Part shown: positions 49,607-58,108 of the stretch, piece after piece
Numbering within the stretch: position 1 is the first letter of the stretch
Layout of the letters: each line of letters begins with the position of its first letter
IMG/VR virus record: IMGVR_UViG_3300020046_005360
Direction: 5' to 3' (one strand)
From: a virus
Taxonomy: Duplodnaviria > Caudoviricetes
DNA length: 64,000 nucleotides
Notes under the pieces: generated by a model
The model's database searches: none
Seen by the model: only the letters and a program-made list of their open reading frames with translations
What the model was told of the DNA's origin: nothing
Position numbers and translations under genes: made by a program

Positions 49607-50159
49607 CTTCTTTAGGAGCTTCTTTTGAAGGTTTAGAAGAGGAAATAGAAGCGTCTAATCTGGTTTTCAAATCTTCTAATTTATCTAATTTTGCGTATAA
49701 AGGCTCTAAACTTGCAGACACAGAACTTCTTTGACCAGGATTATCTATTCCTTCTTGAGTTTTAGCTTGAATATCAGCTTTAATATCAGCTATCTTAGAA
49801 TCTATATCTTTTAATTGTTGAGAACCCATTTTGATGTCTTCTTTTAATTCTCCATCTCTAGTACGTAACATTTTACGAGATGTAGATCTTGCTTTACCTT
49901 CTGCTTTATATAAACCTACTATATCTTCTTTTACAAGACCTTGAGAAATCATTTCAGCTAATCCAAAAATATCTACTTCTTGAATCATATCTTCTTCAGT
50001 CGATTCTTTTATGGCTTTTTTTACAATCCAAAAGTTACCAATTTGATCTTCTAAATTATATTCACTTTCTGGTTGAGAATCTAAAATTTCTAAATTTTCT
50101 TTCATTAATTTAGCTTTCAATTCTTTTTTTATGGCACTTATTAATTCTGTTTGTTTCAT
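49599..50159 (-). CDS. Coiled-coil hypothetical protein
   Basis: ELISAIKKE leader; late-type motif upstream. Confidence 0.6.
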   Translation of the reverse strand: MKQTELISAIKKELKAKLMKENLEILDSQPESEYNLEDQIGNFWIVKKAIKESTEEDMIQEVDIFGLAEMISQGLVKEDIVGLYKAEGKARSTSRKMLRTRDGELKEDIKMGSQQLKDIDSKIADIKADIQAKTQEGIDNPGQRSSVSASLEPLYAKLDKLEDLKTRLDASISSSKPSKEAPKEDE

Positions 50160-50183
50160 TTTAAAGTATATAATATAAATATA

Positions 50184-50762
50184 TTATTTATTTTTTTCTT
50201 TCGCTTCCTTGATTTGTCTCTTCATTTCTTTAATATAATCATGGTCAATTCCTCCTCCTTGCCATGTTTCACGTACGCCGTCTTCTGTTATAAAATCTTC
50301 ATTTTTAGAATTAGCGTATTCGTCAAGAGCCTTTTCAAACTCAGTTAAATGTGAAGTAAAGTTTTTAGACATAAGATCTTTTTGATATTCTTCAAATTTA
50401 CCTTCAATTTTAAGATTAGTTTCCATCTCAATTACACAATCAAAACATTTTCCATGTATATTATACATTTTTTTATTTAGATCATATATTTTAAAATGAT
50501 TTTTACAACAAGGACAAACTAATGGATATTGACCATATTTTTTAAGTGAATCGTATTTTGTTACGGTTTGTTTGATCCCATTCTTTATTACCCATTTCTT
50601 ACCATCTTCTTCCCAAATATCACCTTCTATATGTTCTTCTTGTTGTTTAGAATACCCTGTTTGAGTTTTAGTAGTATCACCATAACGTTTAGCTGTTATA
50701 TTACGAATACGATTTAAATCGGACTCGTTCCATTCTTTTTTTAATAATGTATCTTTGCTCAT
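50184..50762 (-). CDS. Hypothetical protein with CxxC motifs
   Basis: GDIWEEDGKKW, CPCC...CFDC. Confidence 0.6.
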   Translation of the reverse strand: MSKDTLLKKEWNESDLNRIRNITAKRYGDTTKTQTGYSKQQEEHIEGDIWEEDGKKWVIKNGIKQTVTKYDSLKKYGQYPLVCPCCKNHFKIYDLNKKMYNIHGKCFDCVIEMETNLKIEGKFEEYQKDLMSKNFTSHLTEFEKALDEYANSKNEDFITEDGVRETWQGGGIDHDYIKEMKRQIKEAKEKNK

Positions 50763-50902
50763 TTTTTGTTTGGGTCTTGATAAAGATTTATATAAGTTGG
50801 AATATTTCTTCTTTCTTTTGAAGATATATAATTAGCAGCATCTATTAATTTTTTTAATAATTTAACTTCTCTACATTTTATATTTGGATTATTTACTTTC
50901 AT
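50759..50902 (-). CDS. 47-aa MKVNNP mini-protein
   Basis: MKVNNPNIKCREVK...; ATGA overlaps with both neighbours. Confidence 0.6.
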   Translation of the reverse strand: MKVNNPNIKCREVKLLKKLIDAANYISSKERRNIPTYINLYQDPNKK

Positions 50903-51447
50903 AAACCTAGTTTTTGTAATTCTTGTATAATTTCTTGTGTATTACCTTTATAAAGTAAACCTATCCCATTTCGAGCTTTCCAAGCCTGTATTGTGTCTTC
51001 ACGATCGTCTATTAAAATTTGATTTGGACCAGATAGATCTGATTTACGTTCTGCAGATCTGAATTCAATATCATAATCACCTAAATTATCTTGAACCCAA
51101 TGGGTTTTACCTTCAACCGAAACATTATTTCGTGATGGTGCAGTAAGAATAATAGGATTATATTGTTTAATATAATTCCACAATTCTTGTCCTTCAGGCA
51201 TCCAACTCATTCCTCTATAAAATCGCATACCGACCTCTTCATCAATAAGTGACCAGAATTTTTGTAATCCAATCTTAGGACCAAATTCCCTCTCGGCCCT
51301 AGCTCTATATTCAGATGGAGATAATCCACTAAAATGTTCGAAGCGGGATTCAAAGTCACATAAACAACCATCCAAATCTTGGTAAATTTGATATGAATCT
51401 TGCATATCTTCTAATAATAATTCATTTAATGTCATAACTTTATTCAA
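50899..51447 (-). CDS. HAD-family 5'(3')-nucleotidase
   Basis: DLDGCLCDF, ILTAP, K, ILIDDR. Confidence 0.85.
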   Translation of the reverse strand: MNKVMTLNELLLEDMQDSYQIYQDLDGCLCDFESRFEHFSGLSPSEYRARAEREFGPKIGLQKFWSLIDEEVGMRFYRGMSWMPEGQELWNYIKQYNPIILTAPSRNNVSVEGKTHWVQDNLGDYDIEFRSAERKSDLSGPNQILIDDREDTIQAWKARNGIGLLYKGNTQEIIQELQKLGL

Positions 51448-54280
51448 ATATTTCGGGGTTTTCTCTACTAAATTTACGCATCATAGTAGCTGCAGTTGAA
51501 TTACATTCGTTCTCCCATTCATCTCCATCTTGACCAGATTCAGGTTTTAGTCTACCTTCTATATCTTGTTTTAAATGAACCATTTCATGAAACATACTTC
51601 TTGTAATATCTGCTAAATTACGATTATAAGTAACAACTCTTATACTTTTATCACCGGGAGCATACCCACCAAATGAATGATGTTCTTTTGTATATTCAGG
51701 ATTATTTATCAATATAACATTTGGTTTTGGAATATCCAAATATTTCATAGCATACTGTACTGCTTTATTTAATATAGGAGCATGTTCTTTTTGAAATACT
51801 TCTTTTAATAATTTAGATTCATTAATAGTTTCAGGAACATCATTGGGATTAATTACACTTTTTGTTTTTAGAAAATTATTTACTTCATAATCTCCCCACC
51901 AATTATTATATATTTTATTTGGATATCTTTCTATATTATGACTTATAATTGCAGGAAACGTAGGTGCTCTAAAATCATCTTTTATTTCATTTTCACTAAG
52001 CCATTTATATCCATCTCTATTTAAAATAGGGAGTATTTTTAGCCAAGCTTCTTTATCTTTAACGTAATAATGCCAATTTTTATCAGTTGGAAAATATAAA
52101 CCCGGTTTATTCACTTTAATTTCATCAACTTCGTGATAAGGTTCTATAGTTGGTAATATATCTGAGATATATTGTTCCACACTTATTTCTTTATCTTTGT
52201 AAAGTGTTTTTACTTGTGGATATTTTGTTTGTAACTCTTGGATAAGTTTAAGAACACGAGTATTATCTCCCAACTTATCTAAAAATACATCAATTTCTTT
52301 AATATAATTTTTTGCGTTTGGAATTTCCTTTTTAGTACCCAAATTAATTCTTTCTTCAGATTCGTCTTGGGAAATTTTAGGATGAACATTATTCGTATCC
52401 ATTTCATCTGAATAGTAATAAAATGGAACAAATTTATAATTGTTTGATAATTTATTTCCGTCTAGTTTAATACGGACTAAAGAACCTCCTATTTTAGGGT
52501 CATTTTTCCATAAATTTTTATTACGAGTAGTAGAAAAGTAATTTAAATATTCGATCCCCTTATCTTTAAAATCCGATTCTTTTTTTCTAAATGATTTAAA
52601 ATCAGGACCTAAGTCATCAACTGCCGTTACGGAAGAATAAAATTTATTATCATCTAAAATACCTCTTAATCCATTAAGATTAGAAAAATGATACACATCA
52701 CCTACGCTTTTAGCTTCATCTACACGTCTTGGTTCTCGTTTCTCCATCCCCATCATAATACCAACTAGTTTTGGAAGAGTAGAAGTATCTTTAATTCTAT
52801 TATAGAAATCTGGAATATTATCACCTGACATATCATATCCATGTTTTTCTAATATATCACTTAATTCGGATTGGATTTTTACAGAATGAATTAAATCTTG
52901 GAAATCTTGGTAAGGTATTTTACCAGGCATATTTACTTTAATTTCTTCAATTGAAGCTAGTTTATCATAATATTTTGGATCTTCAAAGAGGTGATCCATA
53001 GCTATTTCTTCTGCTACGTCTTTAGAAGTGGTATGTTCTAATTCTACTTTAATACCTTTTTGGAGTTGTTTTCTTAGACTAGATATATTAGCTTTATGTT
53101 TATCAGCTATGTCTTGTAAAGTTAGTCCAGAAGATAAACCACCAGGTATTTTTTCTTCATTTAATGAGTCTTTAACCACATTAAGCAATTCAGGGGCTTT
53201 ATTAATCCATGATGATGAATCTTCGATATTAATATGAGGAGTAGATAAATATGGAGGTGGATTAGTTATTGCCGATTTTGATACAACTTTATAATTATCA
53301 TCCCAATCCTCAACTAATCTAGACCATTTAGGAACATTCATATTAGCAAAAGATGCTATTATTTTTTTATCTCTAACATCAATTAAAAAATAATCTGGAG
53401 GTCTTTGTGTTGATTCTTGGGTTTTTAAAAATTCATTATATGAATGACTTTCTCCGTAAGCTTTTTTATAATTAAAGGGTTGATTTACTTTTATTTCATT
53501 TAAATTTAATAAAGATTCATATTCTTTATAAATTTTATTTAATTCCTGTCCTGGTAGTGCTTCTAAAAATTCTTTAGTATTACGAAAAGTTATTACATCC
53601 CCATATTTATCTTTAATATCTTCTATTTTATTAATATAATACAGTTGATCATTACTTTGAAGGGTTCTATATTTTTCTCTTATTTGTTTTATCAAATTTA
53701 TAACATCAATAACAGATTTAAATCCCGGAGTATTTACTTTTATTTCATGAAGTTGAAAATTCATTAAGAAATCGTCTACTTTTATTCCTTCAGGAATTAA
53801 AGATTTAATTGCTAATCTATTTCTAATTCGTATAGCTTCACGCAATGAAGTAGATGATATGTCATCAAAATTACCAGCGTCTATAATATCAACATTTGAA
53901 TATTTTTCTCTATTTTCGTTTATAGAATTATATCTATCTTTTTCTCCTTTTCCATATACAACAATATAATTATTTGTTTTATCCTTAACTATATTATAAA
54001 TTTCTGTTATAGGAGAAGATGAAGTAGATATTTTTACTTTAACATTTTCGGGCAATAAAGGAATATATTGTTTCCAAACTTTAAGTGATACTTCAGGAGT
54101 ATATCCTTCACGTATATTATTTGAAATAATAATATGAAGTTCATCTACGTGTTGAGCAGCTCTCTTAGCAACTTCAACGTGACCACGATGTGGGGGGGAG
54201 AACGAACCAGGATATAAGCTAATTATTTTAGCAGATTCGTGTATTATTCTTTCAGCAATTTTTTGTCCTAATCCTTCCAT
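51440..54280 (-). CDS. Polyvalent protein: nucleotidyltransferase + EIK modules + DUF5661-like + ART-like + HExxH domain
   Basis: YPGSFSPPHRGH/ISSTSLR; GIKVELEHT..IAMDHL; VYHFS..FSTTR..ESEE; FHEMVH; 4 tags. Confidence 0.75.
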   Translation of the reverse strand: MEGLGQKIAERIIHESAKIISLYPGSFSPPHRGHVEVAKRAAQHVDELHIIISNNIREGYTPEVSLKVWKQYIPLLPENVKVKISTSSSPITEIYNIVKDKTNNYIVVYGKGEKDRYNSINENREKYSNVDIIDAGNFDDISSTSLREAIRIRNRLAIKSLIPEGIKVDDFLMNFQLHEIKVNTPGFKSVIDVINLIKQIREKYRTLQSNDQLYYINKIEDIKDKYGDVITFRNTKEFLEALPGQELNKIYKEYESLLNLNEIKVNQPFNYKKAYGESHSYNEFLKTQESTQRPPDYFLIDVRDKKIIASFANMNVPKWSRLVEDWDDNYKVVSKSAITNPPPYLSTPHINIEDSSSWINKAPELLNVVKDSLNEEKIPGGLSSGLTLQDIADKHKANISSLRKQLQKGIKVELEHTTSKDVAEEIAMDHLFEDPKYYDKLASIEEIKVNMPGKIPYQDFQDLIHSVKIQSELSDILEKHGYDMSGDNIPDFYNRIKDTSTLPKLVGIMMGMEKREPRRVDEAKSVGDVYHFSNLNGLRGILDDNKFYSSVTAVDDLGPDFKSFRKKESDFKDKGIEYLNYFSTTRNKNLWKNDPKIGGSLVRIKLDGNKLSNNYKFVPFYYYSDEMDTNNVHPKISQDESEERINLGTKKEIPNAKNYIKEIDVFLDKLGDNTRVLKLIQELQTKYPQVKTLYKDKEISVEQYISDILPTIEPYHEVDEIKVNKPGLYFPTDKNWHYYVKDKEAWLKILPILNRDGYKWLSENEIKDDFRAPTFPAIISHNIERYPNKIYNNWWGDYEVNNFLKTKSVINPNDVPETINESKLLKEVFQKEHAPILNKAVQYAMKYLDIPKPNVILINNPEYTKEHHSFGGYAPGDKSIRVVTYNRNLADITRSMFHEMVHLKQDIEGRLKPESGQDGDEWENECNSTAATMMRKFSRENPEIFE

Positions 54281-55011
54281 TCTGTTATTTCTTGTAATAT
54301 TTTTTCTTTGGGATAACATAAGGGTGAATAACCTATTTTATCTTCAATATTGTTTATTTTACTATCAATTTCTCCTAAAAGTAATTTGAATTTATTTTCT
54401 TTTTCTAAAATTTGTTCTACTGTATAACTAGTTGTATCTGTTCTAAAAGAAGACTCAACTTGAATATTTTGTAATTCATATTCTACTGTTGTATTACCTG
54501 ATTCAAATATTTCTACAAGATGCTCTTCTTCCTCAGTATACTCCGTCTCATAAATATAAATATTATCCTTTCCAAACATATTTATATACTCGTCTATTTG
54601 AGAATATACTTGTAACCATCGTTCTAGAAGAACTTGTTTGGGTATTCTTCGTTCACGAGAAAAATTGCGTTTAAACGCGATAATTGGATTACAATATACT
54701 ATTATGACTTTATATTGGTATTGCTTATAATCGATGATTTTGCGCAGAGTCTTCGTATTTGAACCAACGGTTTGAAGTATAAAATTCCACCCTTCATCCA
54801 TTTGATTTGGGAGGACAGTTTTATACAAGAAATTTGATGCTTTGAGTGGATTATTATAAAATTCACTATCCTCATTTTCAACCCAAATATCAGGATCAAG
54901 TCTCCCCCACATTTCTGGTTCTTGAAAATCATCCCAACGACATAATTCTTCTTCAAATTGGGTTTTACCTGATGCAGGTGAACCCATTATTAAGATACCT
55001 TTATTGCTCAT
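54268..55011 (-). CDS. P-loop kinase (zeta toxin/AAA_33-like)
   Basis: ILIMGSPASGKT; AFKRNFSRERRIP lid. Confidence 0.7.
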   Translation of the reverse strand: MSNKGILIMGSPASGKTQFEEELCRWDDFQEPEMWGRLDPDIWVENEDSEFYNNPLKASNFLYKTVLPNQMDEGWNFILQTVGSNTKTLRKIIDYKQYQYKVIIVYCNPIIAFKRNFSRERRIPKQVLLERWLQVYSQIDEYINMFGKDNIYIYETEYTEEEEHLVEIFESGNTTVEYELQNIQVESSFRTDTTSYTVEQILEKENKFKLLLGEIDSKINNIEDKIGYSPLCYPKEKILQEITEWKD

Positions 55012-55147
55012 GTTTCTTTTGGATTATTGTTTGTAGTTTTTGGCTATCAGAATTTAAAAATTGTGGGAGTATTTCAATCCATTTTCTCATTAATTCTCTC
55101 TTTTTATATTCTTCTTTAGCAGTAATGTTTGGATTATTTACTTTCAT
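55001..55147 (-). CDS. 48-aa MKVNNP mini-protein
   Basis: MKVNNPNITAKEEYKK...; TAATG coupling to upstream ORF. Confidence 0.6.
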   Translation of the reverse strand: MKVNNPNITAKEEYKKRELMRKWIEILPQFLNSDSQKLQTIIQKKHEQ

Positions 55148-55284
55148 TACTTATCATCTTTAAAAAGTGATTGAAATTTATCTGGTACCATAGCGCTTTT
55201 TCTTCCAGGAGAAGTTATATATTTTCTAAATTCTTCATATAACTTAGCTTTTGCTAATACATCGTTTGGGTTATTTATTTTCAT
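55147..55284 (-). CDS. 45-aa MKINNP mini-protein
   Basis: MKINNPNDVLAKAK...; CGTATATTTA motif upstream. Confidence 0.6.
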   Translation of the reverse strand: MKINNPNDVLAKAKLYEEFRKYITSPGRKSAMVPDKFQSLFKDDK

Positions 55285-55338
55285 AACTTTAATTTTTGTA
55301 AATATACGAAGGCCCCTTTATGAGGCCTAATTTTTAAA

Positions 55339-55398
55339 TTATATGTTTAAACATATAAAGATGTAATTTTCGTATATTTTATATGTAATTACATATAA
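55339..55398. repeat. Two perfect 20-bp palindromes TTATATGT-N4-ACATATAA
   Basis: 55339-55358 and 55379-55398. Confidence 0.85.
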
Positions 55399-56190
55399 CT
55401 ACTTTTTTCGTTTTATAACAGTCGGGAAACTGAAATGTGATGGTTCTTGTTTTGGGTTTTCAATATCGAATATAATTCTTAATGCTTTATAAATTTCAAT
55501 ATTTTTTTCATGTTTACGAGTTGGTTCTATAAGCTCCCAACCCTTTCCTTTAATTTTTTTACCTGTTTTGTCTGGTCCTCTTGAACCTGCTTTTAACCAA
55601 AGGATACCGGTTTTTGCTACTTTCTTTTGATAACATTCTTCATAACATGTTCTATATAATGAAGTTTGGATTTCATAAGTAGAAACAACTTGGTTTGATG
55701 TTTTTAAATCTATAATCCAAATTTCACCATTTATTTCACAAACTATATCACAAGTACCTGCTATTTTCAAAACATCAGAAAATAAATGAACTTCTGCTTC
55801 TAGAAGAGTAGGTTTAAATAATTCCCAAAAGTCAACGAAATTAAGGAACATTCTCCATATTTCAGGATCATATTGTGGTTGTTGTTTACTATCAAGGAAA
55901 AATAATTCTTCTCCATTTAAATATCGTTCACACAAATCGTGTACTTTAGTACCATCATCTGCAGCTTTATGAGCAATAATTTTTGAATTATAACCATATT
56001 TCATCAACCATTCTTCAAAATGTTTACCCTTCGGGTAAAGACCTAATACTGATGTTATAGAGGGGTAATATTTTCCATTACGTCTATAGAAACGAGAATC
56101 CAAAGTTGTTATTTGAAGTGAGTCTTTGGATAATTCTAAAATACGACCGTATTTTTTATTTTTTAATATTATAGGTTTTTGTTCTGTCAT
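55399..56190 (-). CDS. PD-(D/E)xK exonuclease
   Basis: YPSITSVL, GTKVH, AGTCDI...IIDLKTS, Q..Y. Confidence 0.85.
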   Translation of the reverse strand: MTEQKPIILKNKKYGRILELSKDSLQITTLDSRFYRRNGKYYPSITSVLGLYPKGKHFEEWLMKYGYNSKIIAHKAADDGTKVHDLCERYLNGEELFFLDSKQQPQYDPEIWRMFLNFVDFWELFKPTLLEAEVHLFSDVLKIAGTCDIVCEINGEIWIIDLKTSNQVVSTYEIQTSLYRTCYEECYQKKVAKTGILWLKAGSRGPDKTGKKIKGKGWELIEPTRKHEKNIEIYKALRIIFDIENPKQEPSHFSFPTVIKRKK

Positions 56191-57119
56191 ATACTCATTT
56201 TAAGTTTAAGTAAATCCCCATAAGTGAAAGGTTGGGATTTTTGGATTAATTTTGTGAATTTTTCAAAACCCATTTCACTTGGGTCTTTTCCTTTAAGTCT
56301 AACTACGTATACTTTTTTACCTAGATTAATTAACTCTTCTGCTAATTTAATTGTGTTTTTTAAAGCATCCTCATCGAGTGCGAGGTATATAGATTTTATT
56401 TTGTTTAATACTAGTTTTTTCCTAAGTTTTTCAGATACACTTTTTCCAAACAATGGAATCGCATTTCTTTTTATAGCTAACGAATCGAAGGGGCCTTCAC
56501 AGAGAATTACGGGTAAGTCCCAATTAATCATAGACTCAAAACCAATTATATTCTTATCAGATTGTGGGGCGTCTAATTTTTGGAATGGATCTTCTTCAAA
56601 TGAACGTGCAACGAAATAATCTAATTTTCCATCTTTAGAATATGAAGGTATTATAACTTTATTTTTATATCGACCCGTTTCACAAAATCCGATGTTATGT
56701 TTAATTATATCTCCGAATGATATTCCTCTATCTTTAATTAAGTATTTTAATGCATGGCGTGAAATTATATCTGTCTTTTTTAGATTAATAAAGGGAGTAA
56801 ATTCTGTTGGTAATTCAACTTGAATATCAACTTTTATTTTATCTTGTTTATAAGTTGTACCTAATATTTTATTTAATTCTTCAAATTTAGGAGTATCAAC
56901 TTTTAACGCGTTAAACAGCGATTTAAGGGTCGTACCTTTACGACCACACGTCCAGCACGCATACGGGTTTTTATTTTTAGTATTGGTAATTAAATTGACT
57001 TCTAGTTTTTTATTTTTATGATTACAAAAAGGACAATGATATGCGTAGTTCCCCTTTGATCTAACATCCCCTTTTCCTAAAACTGATTCCACTAAACCCA
57101 ATAATATCTGATCTATCAT
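56187..57119 (-). CDS. DNA primase
   Basis: CPFC/CWTC zinc finger; TOPRIM LCEGPFD, LALDED, KDPSE. Confidence 0.9.
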   Translation of the reverse strand: MIDQILLGLVESVLGKGDVRSKGNYAYHCPFCNHKNKKLEVNLITNTKNKNPYACWTCGRKGTTLKSLFNALKVDTPKFEELNKILGTTYKQDKIKVDIQVELPTEFTPFINLKKTDIISRHALKYLIKDRGISFGDIIKHNIGFCETGRYKNKVIIPSYSKDGKLDYFVARSFEEDPFQKLDAPQSDKNIIGFESMINWDLPVILCEGPFDSLAIKRNAIPLFGKSVSEKLRKKLVLNKIKSIYLALDEDALKNTIKLAEELINLGKKVYVVRLKGKDPSEMGFEKFTKLIQKSQPFTYGDLLKLKMSI

Positions 57120-57124
57120 ATCCT

Positions 57125-57859
57125 TTATTTAAATTTCCATATGAAACCATATGCTTGTTTTGCTTTGTTATTACAACAATTTGATATTGAAATTGGACTA
57201 TTTTTATTAAAAAATAAAGAAGCAGACTTCATATTATCCCATTCTTTAATATAACTACCATCTAAATCAAATTGAATAACTTTTATACTACGTCTATTTG
57301 ACTTTTTATCAACATAAACAGGTTTGTCCTTTTTAATTTTGGTGTTTTTATATTTTATATAAGAAAAGTTTTCTTCTAATGGATTATTTTTAAATCTCCA
57401 AACAAATCCACCAGAAGTATTTTGATTACCTTTAATACAATTCGATATATCTCTAATTTTAATACCTAAAATATTTTCTACTTCTGTTAAACTAGGCCAC
57501 TCTTTAATAAAATTACCTTTTATATCATATTGTAATATAGGTTTTACTCCTTTACCTATACTAGATATACTTAATTTTAATATGGATTCATAAGAAAATG
57601 AACTAGGCCCACCTCCTCCTTCATTTTCATTTAATACTTCGAATCCAAAATTTTTAAATTGTCTAATCCAGAAAGTTTCTAAAGGTTTCCAATCTTTATG
57701 ATTCCAAGAATTTACTTCATCAATATAATCGTAAGTAATATACTCACCGAAGGTCTTTTTATGTTTATTTTCTCTAGAATTTTTTGTTTTACCAATATAG
57801 ACTTTGTTAGGGTCTCCATGGCAATTAGTAACTAGGTAAATTTTGGTAAGTTCTATCAT
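57125..57859 (-). CDS. GIY-YIG homing endonuclease with NUMOD1-like repeats
   Basis: KIYLVTNC..VYIGKT; paralog of 29201..30097. Confidence 0.8.
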   Translation of the reverse strand: MIELTKIYLVTNCHGDPNKVYIGKTKNSRENKHKKTFGEYITYDYIDEVNSWNHKDWKPLETFWIRQFKNFGFEVLNENEGGGGPSSFSYESILKLSISSIGKGVKPILQYDIKGNFIKEWPSLTEVENILGIKIRDISNCIKGNQNTSGGFVWRFKNNPLEENFSYIKYKNTKIKKDKPVYVDKKSNRRSIKVIQFDLDGSYIKEWDNMKSASLFFNKNSPISISNCCNNKAKQAYGFIWKFK

Positions 57860-57861
57860 AA

Positions 57862-58056
57862 CTATTTATACGTAAAGTTTTTAACTAAAAATAATTTATC
57901 AAATTCTTCTTTTACGACAAATAATTTATCAAATTCTCCTATTGATAAATTTTTTAATCCAATAAAATAGATAACAGCAAGATCTATTCTTTTATTTTCT
58001 GTAATAGTTACACATTCTTCTAGATTATTTTTACTATATAAACCGAACTTAGCCAT
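57862..58056 (-). CDS. Small hypothetical protein with duplicated C-terminal decapeptide
   Basis: EFDKLFVVKE/EFDKLFLVKN. Confidence 0.6.
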   Translation of the reverse strand: MAKFGLYSKNNLEECVTITENKRIDLAVIYFIGLKNLSIGEFDKLFVVKEEFDKLFLVKNFTYK

Positions 58057-58108
58057 AATTTATTTTTGTTGTAAGTATACGAAAAGCCTCTTACGAGGCC
58101 TAATATAT

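Noticed and set aside
12671-55284. EIKVNNP repeats as a CRISPR array, integron attC sites or DGR repeats
   Set aside because: Copies are in-frame, dispersed, vary at synonymous positions and are not palindromic; no cas, integrase or reverse transcriptase in the window; differences between the duplicated cassettes are not adenine-specific
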